Shown here piece by piece: positions 1-12,700 of a stretch of 64,000 nt of DNA. Position 1 is the stretch's first letter, and each line of letters begins with the position of its first letter. This stretch comes from Octopus sinensis (lineage: Eukaryota). The notes below the pieces were generated by a model, which saw nothing but the letters and a program-made list of their open reading frames with translations, ran no database searches and had not been told where the DNA came from. Both the position numbers and the translations under genes were made by a program. Location of the stretch: the NCBI RefSeq assembly GCF_006345805.1, contig NC_043001.1, forward strand, positions 558,001-622,000, written 5' to 3'.

Positions 1-76
1 TGATGATGACAAACACATATACACTTACAAATATAATTACCGACCAGCACACACACATACATTCTCTCCCCCTGTC

Positions 77-162
<86 letters not shown>

Positions 163-1560
163 ATATTGTGCGTGTGTGTTTTAGAACGTTAGAAATGAGC
201 ATTATTTATGTAGTCATGTGACTACAGATGTCAATGCATAAAACAAGATATGGGATAAAAAAAAAAAGGCTAAAGAAAGAAAACACTTTCACACATATTA
301 AACCTTTAAAGAAGATCCAAAACAAAAAAACAAAACCCAAAACAAAAGAATGACATTGCAAAGCAGGTAAGATGGAAATAAACAAAGGAAAAGAACAGAA
401 GAAGAAGTTAATACAGAGGAATCAAAGACTCTTGAATAGAAGAAACGTTTTAGCAATAAATAAACAAATAAAATAAAAACAAAAAAGAAACACATATATA
501 CACACATTATATTTATATGAATATATTTCTCTATGTCAAATGTTGAAAATAAAAAGGTAGAAAGAATTTTTCTTCTTCTTAGAAAAAAGCAAACCCAAAC
601 TAGTCACAGAAAAAATCTAAAAACTATTGATTCACTTTGGAGATTTTTCTTTAGCTAGAATAAGCCAGAGAACTTGAATAATTTGGACATATAATCAATG
701 TTTAGATTGGTATTCAGTTTTTGGGTATTGAACATACTTAGATGTATATCTTTACAGCAAGAAAGTGGGTATATGTCTACATGTGAATGCCAGGATGTAA
801 GTGTGTGTATGTGAGCAAACACTCACTGATTCACATACAACTAAAGAAATAAAAATGTGTATAAACACACACATGTATACACACACACATATCTGATACA
901 TGTGTTTGTGTATGTATCTCTCTCTTTCTCTCTCTATATATAAATACACACACACACACACATATTTGTTTAATAAGATTCTTGAGGTAAACCTGTATAT
1001 TGAAACATATATTGCTGTATTTAGGGTGAGCCATTTTTGCCAATAGTAAAACCAAATGAGCTGATTGTAGTTCACTTTATTTATTAATTGATTGATTTAC
1101 CATTTCACATCCGTAACCTTTTAATTAGTTCTCAAGTCTTGTTTAAAATAGGCATGACTCCAAGAACGAACATTAATACAATATGATTACTAAGAGAAAA
1201 ATCTATGTACTTCTAATGTATTTTTTAGTTTTTATCGCAGCTACCGGCGAGTACAAATCTGAGTATTCTGATTTTCTATTATGAATATCTGCATCTTTTT
1301 GTATGAAACAAATTGTATAGCAACAGGAATGATAAAAACTATAATCCATTTTAACATCTAATCTCCTCGATTACATAAATACAAATGACTGTGTTGAACG
1401 GTGTTTAATAAGTTAAATCATAAACTGATTATTTCTATATAAGTTTTCATACCTATACAAACTTACATTAGTAAATTCAAAAGTAAAATATGAAGAAACA
1501 ATTTTTGAAATTTACTCCAATTAAAGGACAAACTCATGTTCATCCAATATATATATATAT

Positions 1561-1720
1561 CATCATCATCATCATCATCATCGTTTAACGTCCGTTTTCC
1601 GCGCTAGCACGGGTTGGACGGTTTCGACCGGGGTCTGGGGAGCCAGGGGCTGCCCCAGGCTCCAGTCTGGTCTGGCAGTGTTTCTACAGCTGGATGCCCT
1701 TCCTAACTCCAACCACTCCG
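1561..1720 (-). mobile_element. RTE-LINE 3' tail fragment with (GAT)n tail
   Basis: Reverse complement matches the 3' end of the RTE copy at 25020-25180 (ggaagggcatccagctgtagaa...ccaacccgtgctagc...aaacgatgatg). Confidence 0.8.
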
Positions 1721-1936
1721 CACACACACACACACATATACAGAGGTGGGCACAGTCCCACTAACCTTTCGTTTAGCATATTTGCTAACTCTGGGCAAGA
1801 TGATCTTGGGCAGTCATAAGCAATTGGAGGAGTATCTTACAAGGCATTTATTAATTAAAATTATACAAGACTATTAAATAATTATTATGGCGTACTCCAT
1901 ATTCTCTTAATTCAATTTAGATGTATATCTTTACAG

Positions 1937-2119
1937 CATTCGACCATGGCCATGCTGTAGCACTGCCTTGAAGAATTTTAGTCAGATGAATGAAACCCAC
2001 GACTTAAAAGCCTGGTGCTTATCTCTTAGTCTCTTTTGCCACACAACTAAGTTGCAGGAATATATACACACCAATACCAGTTGTCAGGCAGTGGTGGAAG
2101 ACAAACACAGACACAAAAT

Positions 2120-2164
<45 letters not shown>

Positions 2165-2482
2165 AAATGGCAATGTGAAATTTATATTTATATATATATA
2201 TACAAAATAGCAATGGGAAAATTCTAAAATAATCAAGGTGGCTAGCAGCAATTTAAAACCAACAAAGAAATAACTAACCATCACTACAAATAAATTGATG
2301 CAGAATATGATGAAGGCCTACTAAAAAAAAGGAAAAAAATAAATAATTGAATAATTATTGTCTTCATTAATGTAATAAAATGTATAATAGCTAATTGAAA
2401 TAAATGTCATAATATATAATAGAAAGTATATATATATATGTGTGTGTGTGTGTGTGAGCGCGTGTGTGTGTGTGTGTGTGTG

Positions 2483-2528
<46 letters not shown>

Positions 2529-3110
2529 CGTGTGTGTATTCCACTCATGATTAAGTCTGCACAGCCAAAACAGCAGTCTTTAATGAAATAACAAATAAAC
2601 AAGCCTTAAGTTCTAAACTTATCAAATTCTGACAAACATTCCATCCCTTATCTCAGTGATTCATGCCCTCCAATGTGTCACCAATGGAAGGTAGTGTCAA
2701 TATTTTCAAAAGTTTAATAACAAGGCTTTAAATTATAAGCAACATTTCCATGAATTTAGAACAGCCTAGTAACAAATGTTAAACTACAATCTGTGTGGTT
2801 TCTATGAACAAAATATGGTTATAAGACACTGCAATCAAATGTCCTGCCTGTTTCCTACCTGTGACAAATTGTACAAACCACCTGCTCACAAAAACCATTG
2901 CAGCTTGCATGGAGATGTGGATGAGAGGCTAGTTTTTTTTTCCTTTTTTTTTAGTAGGCCTTCATCATATTCTGCATCAATTTATTTGTAGTGATGGTTA
3001 GTTATTTCTTTGTTGGTTTTAAATTGCTGCTAGCCACCTTGATTATTTTAGAATTTTCCCATTGCTATTTTGTATATATATATATAAATATAAATTTCAC
3101 ATTGCCATTT

Positions 3111-3157
<47 letters not shown>

Positions 3158-3341
3158 ATTTTTGTGTCTGTGTTTGTCTTCCACCACTGCCTGACAACTG
3201 GTATTGGTGCGTATATATTCCTGCAACTTAGTTGTGTGGCAAAAGAGACTAAGAGATAAGCACCAGGCTTTTAAGTCGTGGGTTTCATTCATCTGACTAA
3301 AATTCTTCAAGGCAGTGCTACAGCATGGCCATGGTCGAATG
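1937..3341. repeat. Inverted duplication: arms about 1937-2339 and 2935-3341, spacer about 595 bp
   Basis: The arms are near-identical reverse complements; ORFs 1968..2165(+) and 3110..3310(-) are almost the same peptide. Each arm holds a SINE 3' half plus non-SINE flank. Confidence 0.95.
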
Positions 3342-3616
3342 ATTGAAACAAAACATCAAAGAAATTCTCTTATTAATTTTATATTAAATGCAACCTTATT
3401 CTGGCCAGTTGTGATGCTTCTTTAATCTTTTTTACCATAATTCCACTCATTGGCATCCCTTCCTTCACCACAACTTGAAAAGCTTTACTTGGTAAAACTT
3501 CAAAGTAACTGTCACCCCTCACACACTCACACTCGCACACACACGCACACACGCACACACGCATACAGAACATAAACTAACAAAGAAACTCCAGAAGGAT
3601 CTGGTGATGTTCTTAC

Positions 3617-3768
3617 ATTTGATATCCAGCCTTTTTTCTTTGCGCGTACTACCAATTGAATTTGTAGCTTCACATGTGATTGTATTGTCATGGTACACAT
3701 GAGATATGGACGGCAGATTCAAAACACTTGCTGTTTGCCGAGCTAAGTGTTTCCCATTACGATACCAT
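3617..3768 (-). CDS. Exon: second half of Ig3 (KWYRNGKHLARQ...CEATNSIGSTRKEKRLDIK)
   Basis: Acceptor tgtttttttcag|, donor |gtaaga; 152 bp, phase 2-1; joins the 19419 exon as ..W-K-W-Y-R; CxAxNxxG motif. Confidence 0.92.
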
Positions 3769-4561
3769 CTGAAAAAAACAAATAAATAAAATTGAAATTA
3801 TTTATCTGACAGCAATAATAAAATAAATGATTTCAATATTGTCAGAAGGCTTGACTTTGGTACCTGATGGCTATTTAATTTCATTGACCCCTCTAGGAAA
3901 GAAAGATGAAAGGCAAAGCTGAGTGGCTTTTGAGCTCAGAACTTGAAAAAGTGAGACTAAATAATGCAACATATTTTTTTCTGATGCTTTATTGATTCTA
4001 CAAATCCATGACCAATAATTAACAGTTACCTAATTAGATTGGGATTTTGGATTTTCTCTCCTGTGAAATTATAAAATGTGAAAGGCAGAAATTTTACTTA
4101 ATCTTTTTAAACCTTTAGTATTCTGACTACTCTGTCAAATGTAATGCTCATTTATTCCCATTGTTTCAAATTAATTAATGCCTTATCTCATAGCTTCAAA
4201 ATTTTGATGATGTGATTGTTTATTTTCAGAACAACAGTTGGGTACATGTAAGAGGCCATCCCTCACCAGTTTGAACATAAGGCAGGTCAGATATTTGGGC
4301 CTGATACAACCTGTTTAAATGCTAAATAATTAGAGAAAAAATAATTTAAGATACAGCCTTCATGGAAGATATTGGTGTATCTGAGGCAACATGGTCATGG
4401 TCTAATACAAAGGTTGACACCATAGTAGGATGGTGAGATGTGGGGTAGCTTTGCAAAGAGGAGAAGTAAAGTTGAGCTAGGAGGAAAGAATGAACAAGTA
4501 GAAGGTGGAGGAGCTACTCGGGGGAGGGGTGCAGCAATTTATTGATGAGGAAACCAAGGGC

Positions 4562-4615
4562 CATCCATCTGTCTGTCAGTCCACCCATAGATCTATCTAT
4601 CTATCCATCTATCTA

Positions 4616-4647
<32 letters not shown>

Positions 4648-4755
4648 TCTTTTTGTCTATCTATCTGCCTGCTTGCCTGTCTGTCTGTCTGTCTATCTTT
4701 TTATCTATCTATCTTTTTATCTGTCTGTCTGTCTGTCAGTCTGTCTGTCTATCTG

Positions 4756-4833
<78 letters not shown>

Positions 4834-4835
4834 GA
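4562..4835. repeat. (TCTA/TCTG)n microsatellite
   Basis: Direct read. Confidence 0.97.
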
Positions 4836-7800
4836 TCGATCTAAAAAATGAAGTCACCATTCAATTACAGACACCTGAAAACATTACAAAAAATATTGCA
4901 AAAAAAACAATCATTTACAAGACACTCAACACAAAAACAAAAGTACATGAAACAGCCACTCATGAAAATAACAGAAAATGATACCAAAACAAAGAATCAC
5001 CCACGCACAACACCACCACAACACATTAAAATCATACACATAACACAGAACATACACAGCACCCTGAAATCTCCCTACCCGGATGCAGTTGGGAGATTAC
5101 AAAAATACCTTTCTAAAAACTATATAAAAACCTTCTGAAAAGAAGACTGTGAGGTGAAGGACAAAGAACTTTCGGACAGCAAGTAACTCTCTCTCTCTCT
5201 CTCTCTCTTTCTCTTTTGTCTCCTTTTGTGTGTAAAATGCAACCTTTGACAGGAACATGCTCAAAATAGGCAGTATTTACGTGGCTTGGGGTCGCCTTGG
5301 AAACAAGGCTACCTGTTAAACAACATCTAGTCACAAAATCTGCATATCATAGCCATCAGCAAGACCAGACTCCACAGACTGCGGGCCCTCCAGCAAATGT
5401 TCAGTGGACATTTTGACATTTATTTTTCTCTGCGTCTACCGAGAATGGGCGGAGGAGGTACCGCAGTACTTCTTCAGAAGAGTCTGGACCTCAAAGTAAG
5501 AGTAATTTTCCTAGACCCGGAGGGTAGGCTGGTCATCTTGGTTGCCGATGGCAGCAATGGGTGTGCTTTTCAACTGATAACAGTTTATGCACTGTCCTTA
5601 ACAGGCCAGCCAGATTTCTTTCAATGTCTAGAGGTTTTCCTGGGAACGTCTTGACCTTTACTTTTAGTGGGGGATTGGAATGCTACCCTGGACACACATC
5701 TAGACTATGTGGGAAGAGACAGTAATAGGAAGGGATGCAAATGCCTCAAAGACCTGCCCAGACGTTTCCAACTGTCTGACAGGCACCGACTGGACCACCT
5801 GAATGTGCCAGTGTGGACATGGACCAACCGCATCAGGTTGTCCAGATTGTATTTAGATAGAGTATTCCGTAGGACAGTAGATAAAGATAGTGTAGGTTGT
5901 CCACAATTCCATATAGCCAGCTACACAGACCACAAATTTGTGACTTGTACACTTGACTTAGATAAGACACATAGGCAGGGTCCTGGTTACTGGAAGCTTA
6001 ACACGTCATTCACGGCACGACAGGCTTACAGGGACTGGATTAGCACATTAGTTAAGAGAGCACTGACAGGTGCCATCATCAATAACAGATGGTGGTATGC
6101 CCTAAAGAAAGCAATTAAAGCAGAATCAGTTAGGTCCTAGCATTAGACCAAAATAGAATAGAGGGATACCTAGTTAAGAAATTAGAAGAGGCACTTAGAA
6201 CTGGCATCATGTCCAACGTACAGGCAGCAAGGTTGGCCCTTGACCAATACTTCAACGCCAAACATGAAGGATGCATTGTCAGAGCTAGGATGCATGCTCT
6301 GAGGAAGGAAGGATTTGGAGCCACCTGAGAGGCCCGAGTGGTGGAGGTGCAATGAGGCAACAGAGCCACCATTAGGTCCCTGACAGATGAACAGGGACAC
6401 GAAATACTCGAGCCTGAAAGGATGTGTGAGACCTTTCAACAATGCTTTGCTCGACTGTTCGTGACGACTGATGGGTCAGAATGCAGAGTGGACTTTAGTG
6501 CCTATCTGCATGGCCTGCTACAACTCTCAGTAAGAGAGGTGGAGTGTTGTGAAAGACCCATTACAGCCACGGACGTACGGGATGTGATGGTAGGCTGCGT
6601 GGGAAACAAGTTACCAGCCTTGGATGGGCTGCCTTACAAACTTTATTGTCATATGCCAGACTTGTCTGGAGGCATCTTGGCAGCTGTCTACTGCAACTGG
6701 CAGTAAAACAGGAGTCTTTGTAAAGCAAGGAGTGGTGGCACTACTAAAGAAAGATCTAAACAAGGGGAACGTCATAGATAACTTCAGGCCCATCACTCTG
6801 CTCGATGCAGATTTGAAAATTTTGGCCAAGGTGTTAGCTGAGAGGTTGGCGCTTGTCATCGAGAGACTAGTCAACAAGATGCAAATGTGCACCATGGCAG
6901 GTAGGAGTATCCATGACAACCTCCAGGGTGCTGATCAAAAGCTTTCGATAGGATAGACCACCACTATTTGGAAGCTGTCCTTAGAGCGGTTGGTTTAAGT
7001 CCCATCTTCTGCAGTTGGATCACTGCCTTATAGAGCATCCGCTTGGTAGTTCACATAAATGGTCATCAATCCAGACCTTTTTACATCATGTGTTCAGTTC
7101 ATCAAGGATGGCCACTCTCACACAGCAATGGGCTGAGAGGAAGCTATCCCTAAAAGGTTGGGCAGAGGTGGCGAACGTGTACATCGCATCCATCATCGAT
7201 TACCGTTTGACTGTCGTGCCTTGTCCCGACCCTACCATCACCAAATTGGAACGCATACTCTTCCGCTTCTTATGCCGAACGGCTGCTGTCATGTGTGGTA
7301 TGAGCCTGCCTGTCAGTTGAGTCTAGCGGAACAATTGCTCTGCCACCTACCCTCAATCTTCATTGTACTGGTGGCCATGGTGAAAGAATGTGTGTGGTGG
7401 ACTCGAGTGAAAGGATTAGAGACAAACACTTATTCTCTGGCCAATTGCTCATCAACTTTTTCAAGTACCACTTGAAAAGGAAGGTGAGAATGGAGAGGCA
7501 GGTTTTGTCTCGTGAAAGTTTCAAAAAAAGGTGGGTGAATGTAGCAAAGATGGTGCGTGCGAGTAATGAAACCACTTTGAGTATGATCCTATAAATCGAA
7601 AAAAGAGAGAGAGAGAGAACTTTGCTCTTGTGTATATTCCCTTCCTGCCTGAGGTTACCGTGGTCTTTTCTGTAGGCTTTTCTATCCACTGACAAACCTA
7701 ATTTTGCTTTTTACATTTTTAAAATTCTTCTGTGATACCTTTTCTTTTTATTTTCCGATCCCTTTTGATCGGAATTTTACTTTTTTCTCTTTTTTTGCCC

Positions 7801-7887
7801 TTTTGCTTTTCATTTTCAAAAAGAAAAGCTCTACATTTGTATTTGTTCCCTCTGTGTTCAGCCCTATGTGGCCAATAAAGAAAGTTA
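4836..7887 (+). mobile_element. Degenerate Tx1-clade LINE (APE endonuclease + RT), ORF2 about 5257-7594 with stops, frameshifts and internal deletions
   Basis: MLKIGS..GL start; VGDWNATLD; SDHKFV-like YTDHKFV; GPGYWKLNTS; NFRPITLLDADLKILAKVLAERL; DQKAFDRIDH-like; C-terminal KRWVNV; AATAAA near 7877. Confidence 0.85.
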
Positions 7888-7945
7888 TCTATCTGTCTGT
7901 CTATCTATCTATCTATCTATCTGTCTGTCTATCTATCTATCTATC

Positions 7946-8034
<89 letters not shown>

Positions 8035-8035
8035 A
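7888..8035. repeat. (TCTA)n/(TC)n/(TTTC)n compound microsatellite
   Basis: Direct read. Confidence 0.97.
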
Positions 8036-9012
8036 TGTACTGCTAGACCTTTTAAACTTTCTAAACTTCTGAACCTTTTAACCTTCAAACTTTAGAAATT
8101 CAAAAAAGAAAAAAAGAAAAAAAGAAACAACTTTCTGAATTTTCTCAAACATGGATTTCCAAAGACCTTCTCACTGATCATAGAAAGTGTTTTAAAAATA
8201 CTTTAAAGTATTTTTTGAATGTTTAAAACAATTTTTTTCCAGTTTTTCTTTCTTCATTTTTCAATTTTCTATTTTATCAGTTCTCCATGATTTTCTTTCC
8301 CTTGCTCTATTCTACCATCTCTCACCCTCAGCCCTTGGTTTCCCCATTGATAATCTGCTACTCCCCCCCCCAAGTATCACCTCCTTATCCTACCTGTTCA
8401 TTCTTTCCTCCTAGCTCAAATTTACTTCTCTTGGCATTGCACCCCCTCCCCCACAATCCCACTACAACGCCTCCCCCCCTGTCACATATCTCTGTACTAG
8501 ACAGCCTTAGTGGTATTCCACAATGAAAGAGAATGGTTATATATTATACATACATCTCTTTTATCTGTGTGTGGTGGGGAAACACACACCATTTCTGAGA
8601 GCATCAGTGCTCCTGGATATTTTTCTTTTCATGGTGGCTTGCCTTTGTTAATACAGAGATTTTTCTCTTGTTCTAGTCATGTGGAGACATTACTATCAAG
8701 CCATGTTTTAACAGCTGGATACACTTGCTAAAGCATTTATATCTTAACTTGGAATTGTCTTGGAATTATGTATCTAAGGCTGAAGTTGTCTTGTTATCCA
8801 AACTGTAGTTTCCCAAAGAGCTGTCTACCACACTACACTAAGCTGACAAACTTTTTCTTTCAACCAAGAATGACACACCTTATTGAATACATGGTAAGTT
8901 TATATGTTTATAAGTTTATAAACTTCACACAAATTACATTAACTATCTGAAACAGGGGACATATAGAATATTGTAGTCCAAGATAAACTTTGGCTGAAAT
9001 AAAGTCAAGACA

Positions 9013-9669
9013 GGCACAGGCATGGCTGCACGGTTAGAAGCTTGCTTCCCAACCACATGGTTCTGGGTTCAGTCCCACTGCGTGGTACCTTGGCCAAATG
9101 TCTTCTACTATAGCCTTGGGCTCACCAAAGCCTTGTGAGTGGGTTTGGAAGATGGAAACTGAAAGATGCCCATCATATCATCATCATCATCATCATCGTT
9201 TAATGTCCGCTTTCCATGCTAGCATGGGTTGGACGATTGACTGAGGGCTGGCGAACCAGATGGTTGCACCAGGCTCCAATCTTGATCTGGCAAAGTTTCT
9301 ACAGCTGGATGCCCTTCCTGACACCAACCACTCCAAGAGTGTAGTAGGTGCTTGTGTGTGTGTGAATAATATTTGTAAACAAACCAGAAGGCTTTGTAAG
9401 TTATGGAAATAAAGTGACTATATATATATGTATTCATATGTCTATGTATGTGTGTGTCTTTGTGTTGTTTGTGTTTATCCCCCACCACTGCTTGACAATT
9501 AGTGTTGATATGTTTACATCCCCATAACTTAGCAGTTCAGCAAAAGTGACTGATAAGTACCAGACTTTAAAAAAATAGTAAGACAATACATTCGACCAAA
9601 AAATTTTTCCAGGCAGTGCTCCAGCATGGCCACAGTCTAATGACTGAAACTAGTAAAAGATAAAAGATA
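9013..9669 (+). mobile_element. tRNA-derived SINE, family S1 (internal TA/TG microsatellite, (AAAGAT)n-like tail)
   Basis: Head ggcacaggcatggctgcacggttagaag..gggttcagtcccactgc with A/B-box-like motifs; 3' end ccagcatggccacagtc.aatgactgaaac is shared with copies at 3110-3360, 38095-38321, 40060-40110 and 63710-64000. Confidence 0.8.
9178..9353 (-). mobile_element. RTE 3' tail nested antisense inside the S1 SINE
   Basis: Same tail as 25020-25180; SINE sequence resumes after 9353. Confidence 0.8.
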
Positions 9670-9684
9670 GTTACAGATGGATTG

Positions 9685-9890
9685 TATGAAGGTCATATCA
9701 AAAAGTTCCTGGATCTAGTTCTGTAGCCTGCCAACAGATGGCAGCACATGGTTGTGCATGCAGTGAGAGCCAGCAGTGACCTTCATGAGGCAGTGTTCCA
9801 AGTGACATTGTTGTGTTTACTTCACATGTTGTAAAATTTGTACTTTTGTGATCACATGTATGATACAGCCTGTGCTCTTTGTCATTGAAG
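9685..9890 (+). mobile_element. Possible mariner 5' end fragment
   Basis: ta-tgaaggtcatatcaaaaagttcctggat resembles mariner TIRs (TACGAGGG...TCAAAAAGTT.CCGGA). No transposase or second TIR seen. Confidence 0.4.
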
Positions 9891-10077
9891 ATTCTAACTG
9901 GGCCCCACCTGCAAGGTCATGTGCTATTTATCTTGATATGAGATCACCATGTCACGCACATATGGTTGTGATGCATGTGCCTAGTGTACCCTTATCAGAT
10001 GGGTAGTCATGATGAGTATACTGGGCTTCGTATATTTTACCCCAGTGTCACTTTCATGGCATGCACTGCTCTCTCAC

Positions 10078-10079
10078 TC

Positions 10080-10129
<50 letters not shown>
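10078..10129. repeat. (AAT)n microsatellite
   Basis: Direct read. Confidence 0.97.
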
Positions 10130-10131
<2 letters not shown>

Positions 10132-10139
10132 GATCAAAA

Positions 10140-10890
10140 ATTTTGACACAAGGCCAGTAATTTCGGGGGAGGAGGTAAGTCAATTACAATAACCCCAGTG
10201 CTCACTTGGTATTTATTTTATCGACCCCAAAAGGATGAAAGACAAAGTTGATCCTAGTGGAATTTAAACTCAGAACATAAAGATGGACGAAATACTGCTA
10301 AGCCTTTTGCCCAGTGTGCTAATGATTCTGTCTGCTGGCCACCTTAATGATGATGATGATGATGATTTAGGCACAAAGCCTGCAAGTATGAAGTTAGTTG
10401 ATACAATCTCCTTAGTATTTGATTTTATCAACCCTGGAAAGATTAAAGACCAAGTTGACCTTAGCAGGATTTGAACTCAGAACATAAAGATCCTCAAGAA
10501 ATAGAGCATTTAGAGCAGTGGTTCTCGACTAGGGTCCATATGACCGTTGGTGGTTCATATAAGATTTCGTTTTCAAAATTCTATCTGCAATAAATTAGCA
10601 CAGGTAAAGAAAATGGCTTCGAGCATTTCTTTTGCAAATGTTCTCACTATTTGGCTGGCTCATTCATAGCTCTCTTATGACAAATGACAATAGTAGTTTT
10701 CTAATTTCGGCACAAAAGGTCAGAAATGTTCCGTGGTGGAGATGTTAGTTGGTTGCATCAAACTCATCTCTTGACAAGTTCATTGTCAACTCAAGAGTGA
10801 TAAAAGATAGAGCTGACTTTGGTGGGATTTGAACACAGAATATAAAGTTCTGTAACTGCATGGTATTCTGTTCAATGTAGTGATTCTGCC
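10140..10890 (-). mobile_element. Cluster of three S2-family SINE copies (about 10140-10345, 10365-10495, 10690-10890)
   Basis: Each carries the reverse complement of gagttcaaatt..gtcaactttg.ctttcatcc.tt.ggggtcgataaa, as in the 57246 copy. Confidence 0.7.
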
Positions 10891-11798
10891 AATATACTAC
10901 ACTCGTTATACCGATAACGATGATAACAACAACAAATGTAATTCTAATGTGTTGGAAGCAGAGTCATTCAGGATGCTTATTGTAATCCTTAACAAGTGCC
11001 TTAGGAAAGATAGAAGAGGATATATTTTAGATATTGTTGTTTGTGTTATTTTCTACATGTTGTGCATGTCATGTAAGTATTGTAGTTCTGGGACACACAC
11101 ACATATATATATACATGTGTATATACATATATATATATATATATGTATATTTATCTACACACACACACACACAACCATGCATACACACATACATACATAC
11201 ACACATATATATATGCGTGTGTGTGTATATACATATATGTATATATATATGCATACCCATCTATCTATACACTCACACACACATCCCAGAACTACAAAAC
11301 TTATAGCGCATGCACATGTAAAAAATAACACAGTTAGCCACTGCACACATACATTATGAAAACTATTTGCAAAACAAAACAAAAAAAACATGCTGTAGGC
11401 CCCATGGAGACACATGGAGCTGAAAGACACATGGAGCTGCATTCTGTCAAAAACACTGAAAGCAAGCAATAACAATAAGTCTACTAAAATAATAAAAAAT
11501 AGTGATTATAGCTGTAGATATAGGGGAAAATTGATAAATAAGAATAAGGAAATAGATGAATAGTATACTGAAGAGAAGTTGGTATATAGTGTCAGTGTGG
11601 ATACAATATATATCTGGTTTGATAGGATAGCCTTGTGACATACTGGTTTTATATGTCTGCTTTTTTACAATAGCAACCTCATACTGGTGTCTAATATACA
11701 TTCTACTACAATACACACACACAAACACTTGCCTTCATTTATGCATGCACACATACAGGGGAATATAGCCACTTATAAACAGATGCACATACAGACAT

Positions 11799-11851
<53 letters not shown>

Positions 11852-12504
11852 TGACAGATTACACATACACCTGCAAAGAGAAATGCCAAGTTACTGAGAC
11901 ACACAAGCACATGATGTGCACAGATATGTCCTCCTAGATACGCACCAGCATATGAGCATACATATGTACATGCATAAATAAACATACAACATATACACAC
12001 ACACACACGCAGAACTAAAGAGACACAACTGTGCCGACAGACACAAGCACACACAAAACCATACACACAACCAAAAAGAAAACACACACAAACAATTCTA
12101 TAAAATGTGATTATTGAAACCATATAATTTTATTTGGTCTTTTTAATTTGCTTCTCTGAGCCAAAATTAATAGTAACAAACCAGCAGAGAACGTGTGATA
12201 CCTGTTTGTTTTTTTTTTTAAAGAATACTGTGTGCCTTGCCTCAGTACATAATGCTTGTGGCGAGGCTTTGAAAGTTGTACATGACTTTCAAAGAGGTTT
12301 GAAACCACTTTCAAAGGCTTTGAAAATCATCCAGCTCTTAAATCTTTCAGTCAACATCATTAAATGTTTGAATTATCTTCTTTTCTAAGAGCATCAAACG
12401 AGTAATTTATACAATGGCAAGAATGCAAATAGCTGCATTGCTGCTACTGTCCCTCTTTCCCCCCTCCTCCCCCTACTACTACTACTACAACTACTACTAC
12501 TACT

Positions 12505-12700
12505 ACTTTCTAAGATAGGCACAAGGCCACACATCAAAGCAATTCAACCAACCACAGTAGTTGACTGGTATTTTATGTTAGTGACACTGAAAGGATGAAA
12601 GGCAAAGTTGACCTCATCAAGATTTGAACTCAGAGTGTAAAGATCTGCAGGTATTTTGTTTGATACTCTAACAATTTTACCAATTACACTGTTCTTACTA
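12505..12700 (-). mobile_element. S2-family SINE
   Basis: aaaggatgaaaggcaaagttgacctc..gatttgaactcag core. Confidence 0.7.

Noticed and set aside
1741-1800. hAT-like termini CAGAGGTGGGCA (1741) and CAGTGGTTCTC (10516)
   Set aside because: No matching second TIR or 8-bp TSD could be located by eye.
3379-3573. ORF just after the Ig3 exon considered as the next exon
   Set aside because: The ORF frame needs a phase-2 entry at the gacag| site but the upstream exon ends in phase 1. The phase-1 frame hits a stop after about 14 codons, and there is no Ig motif.
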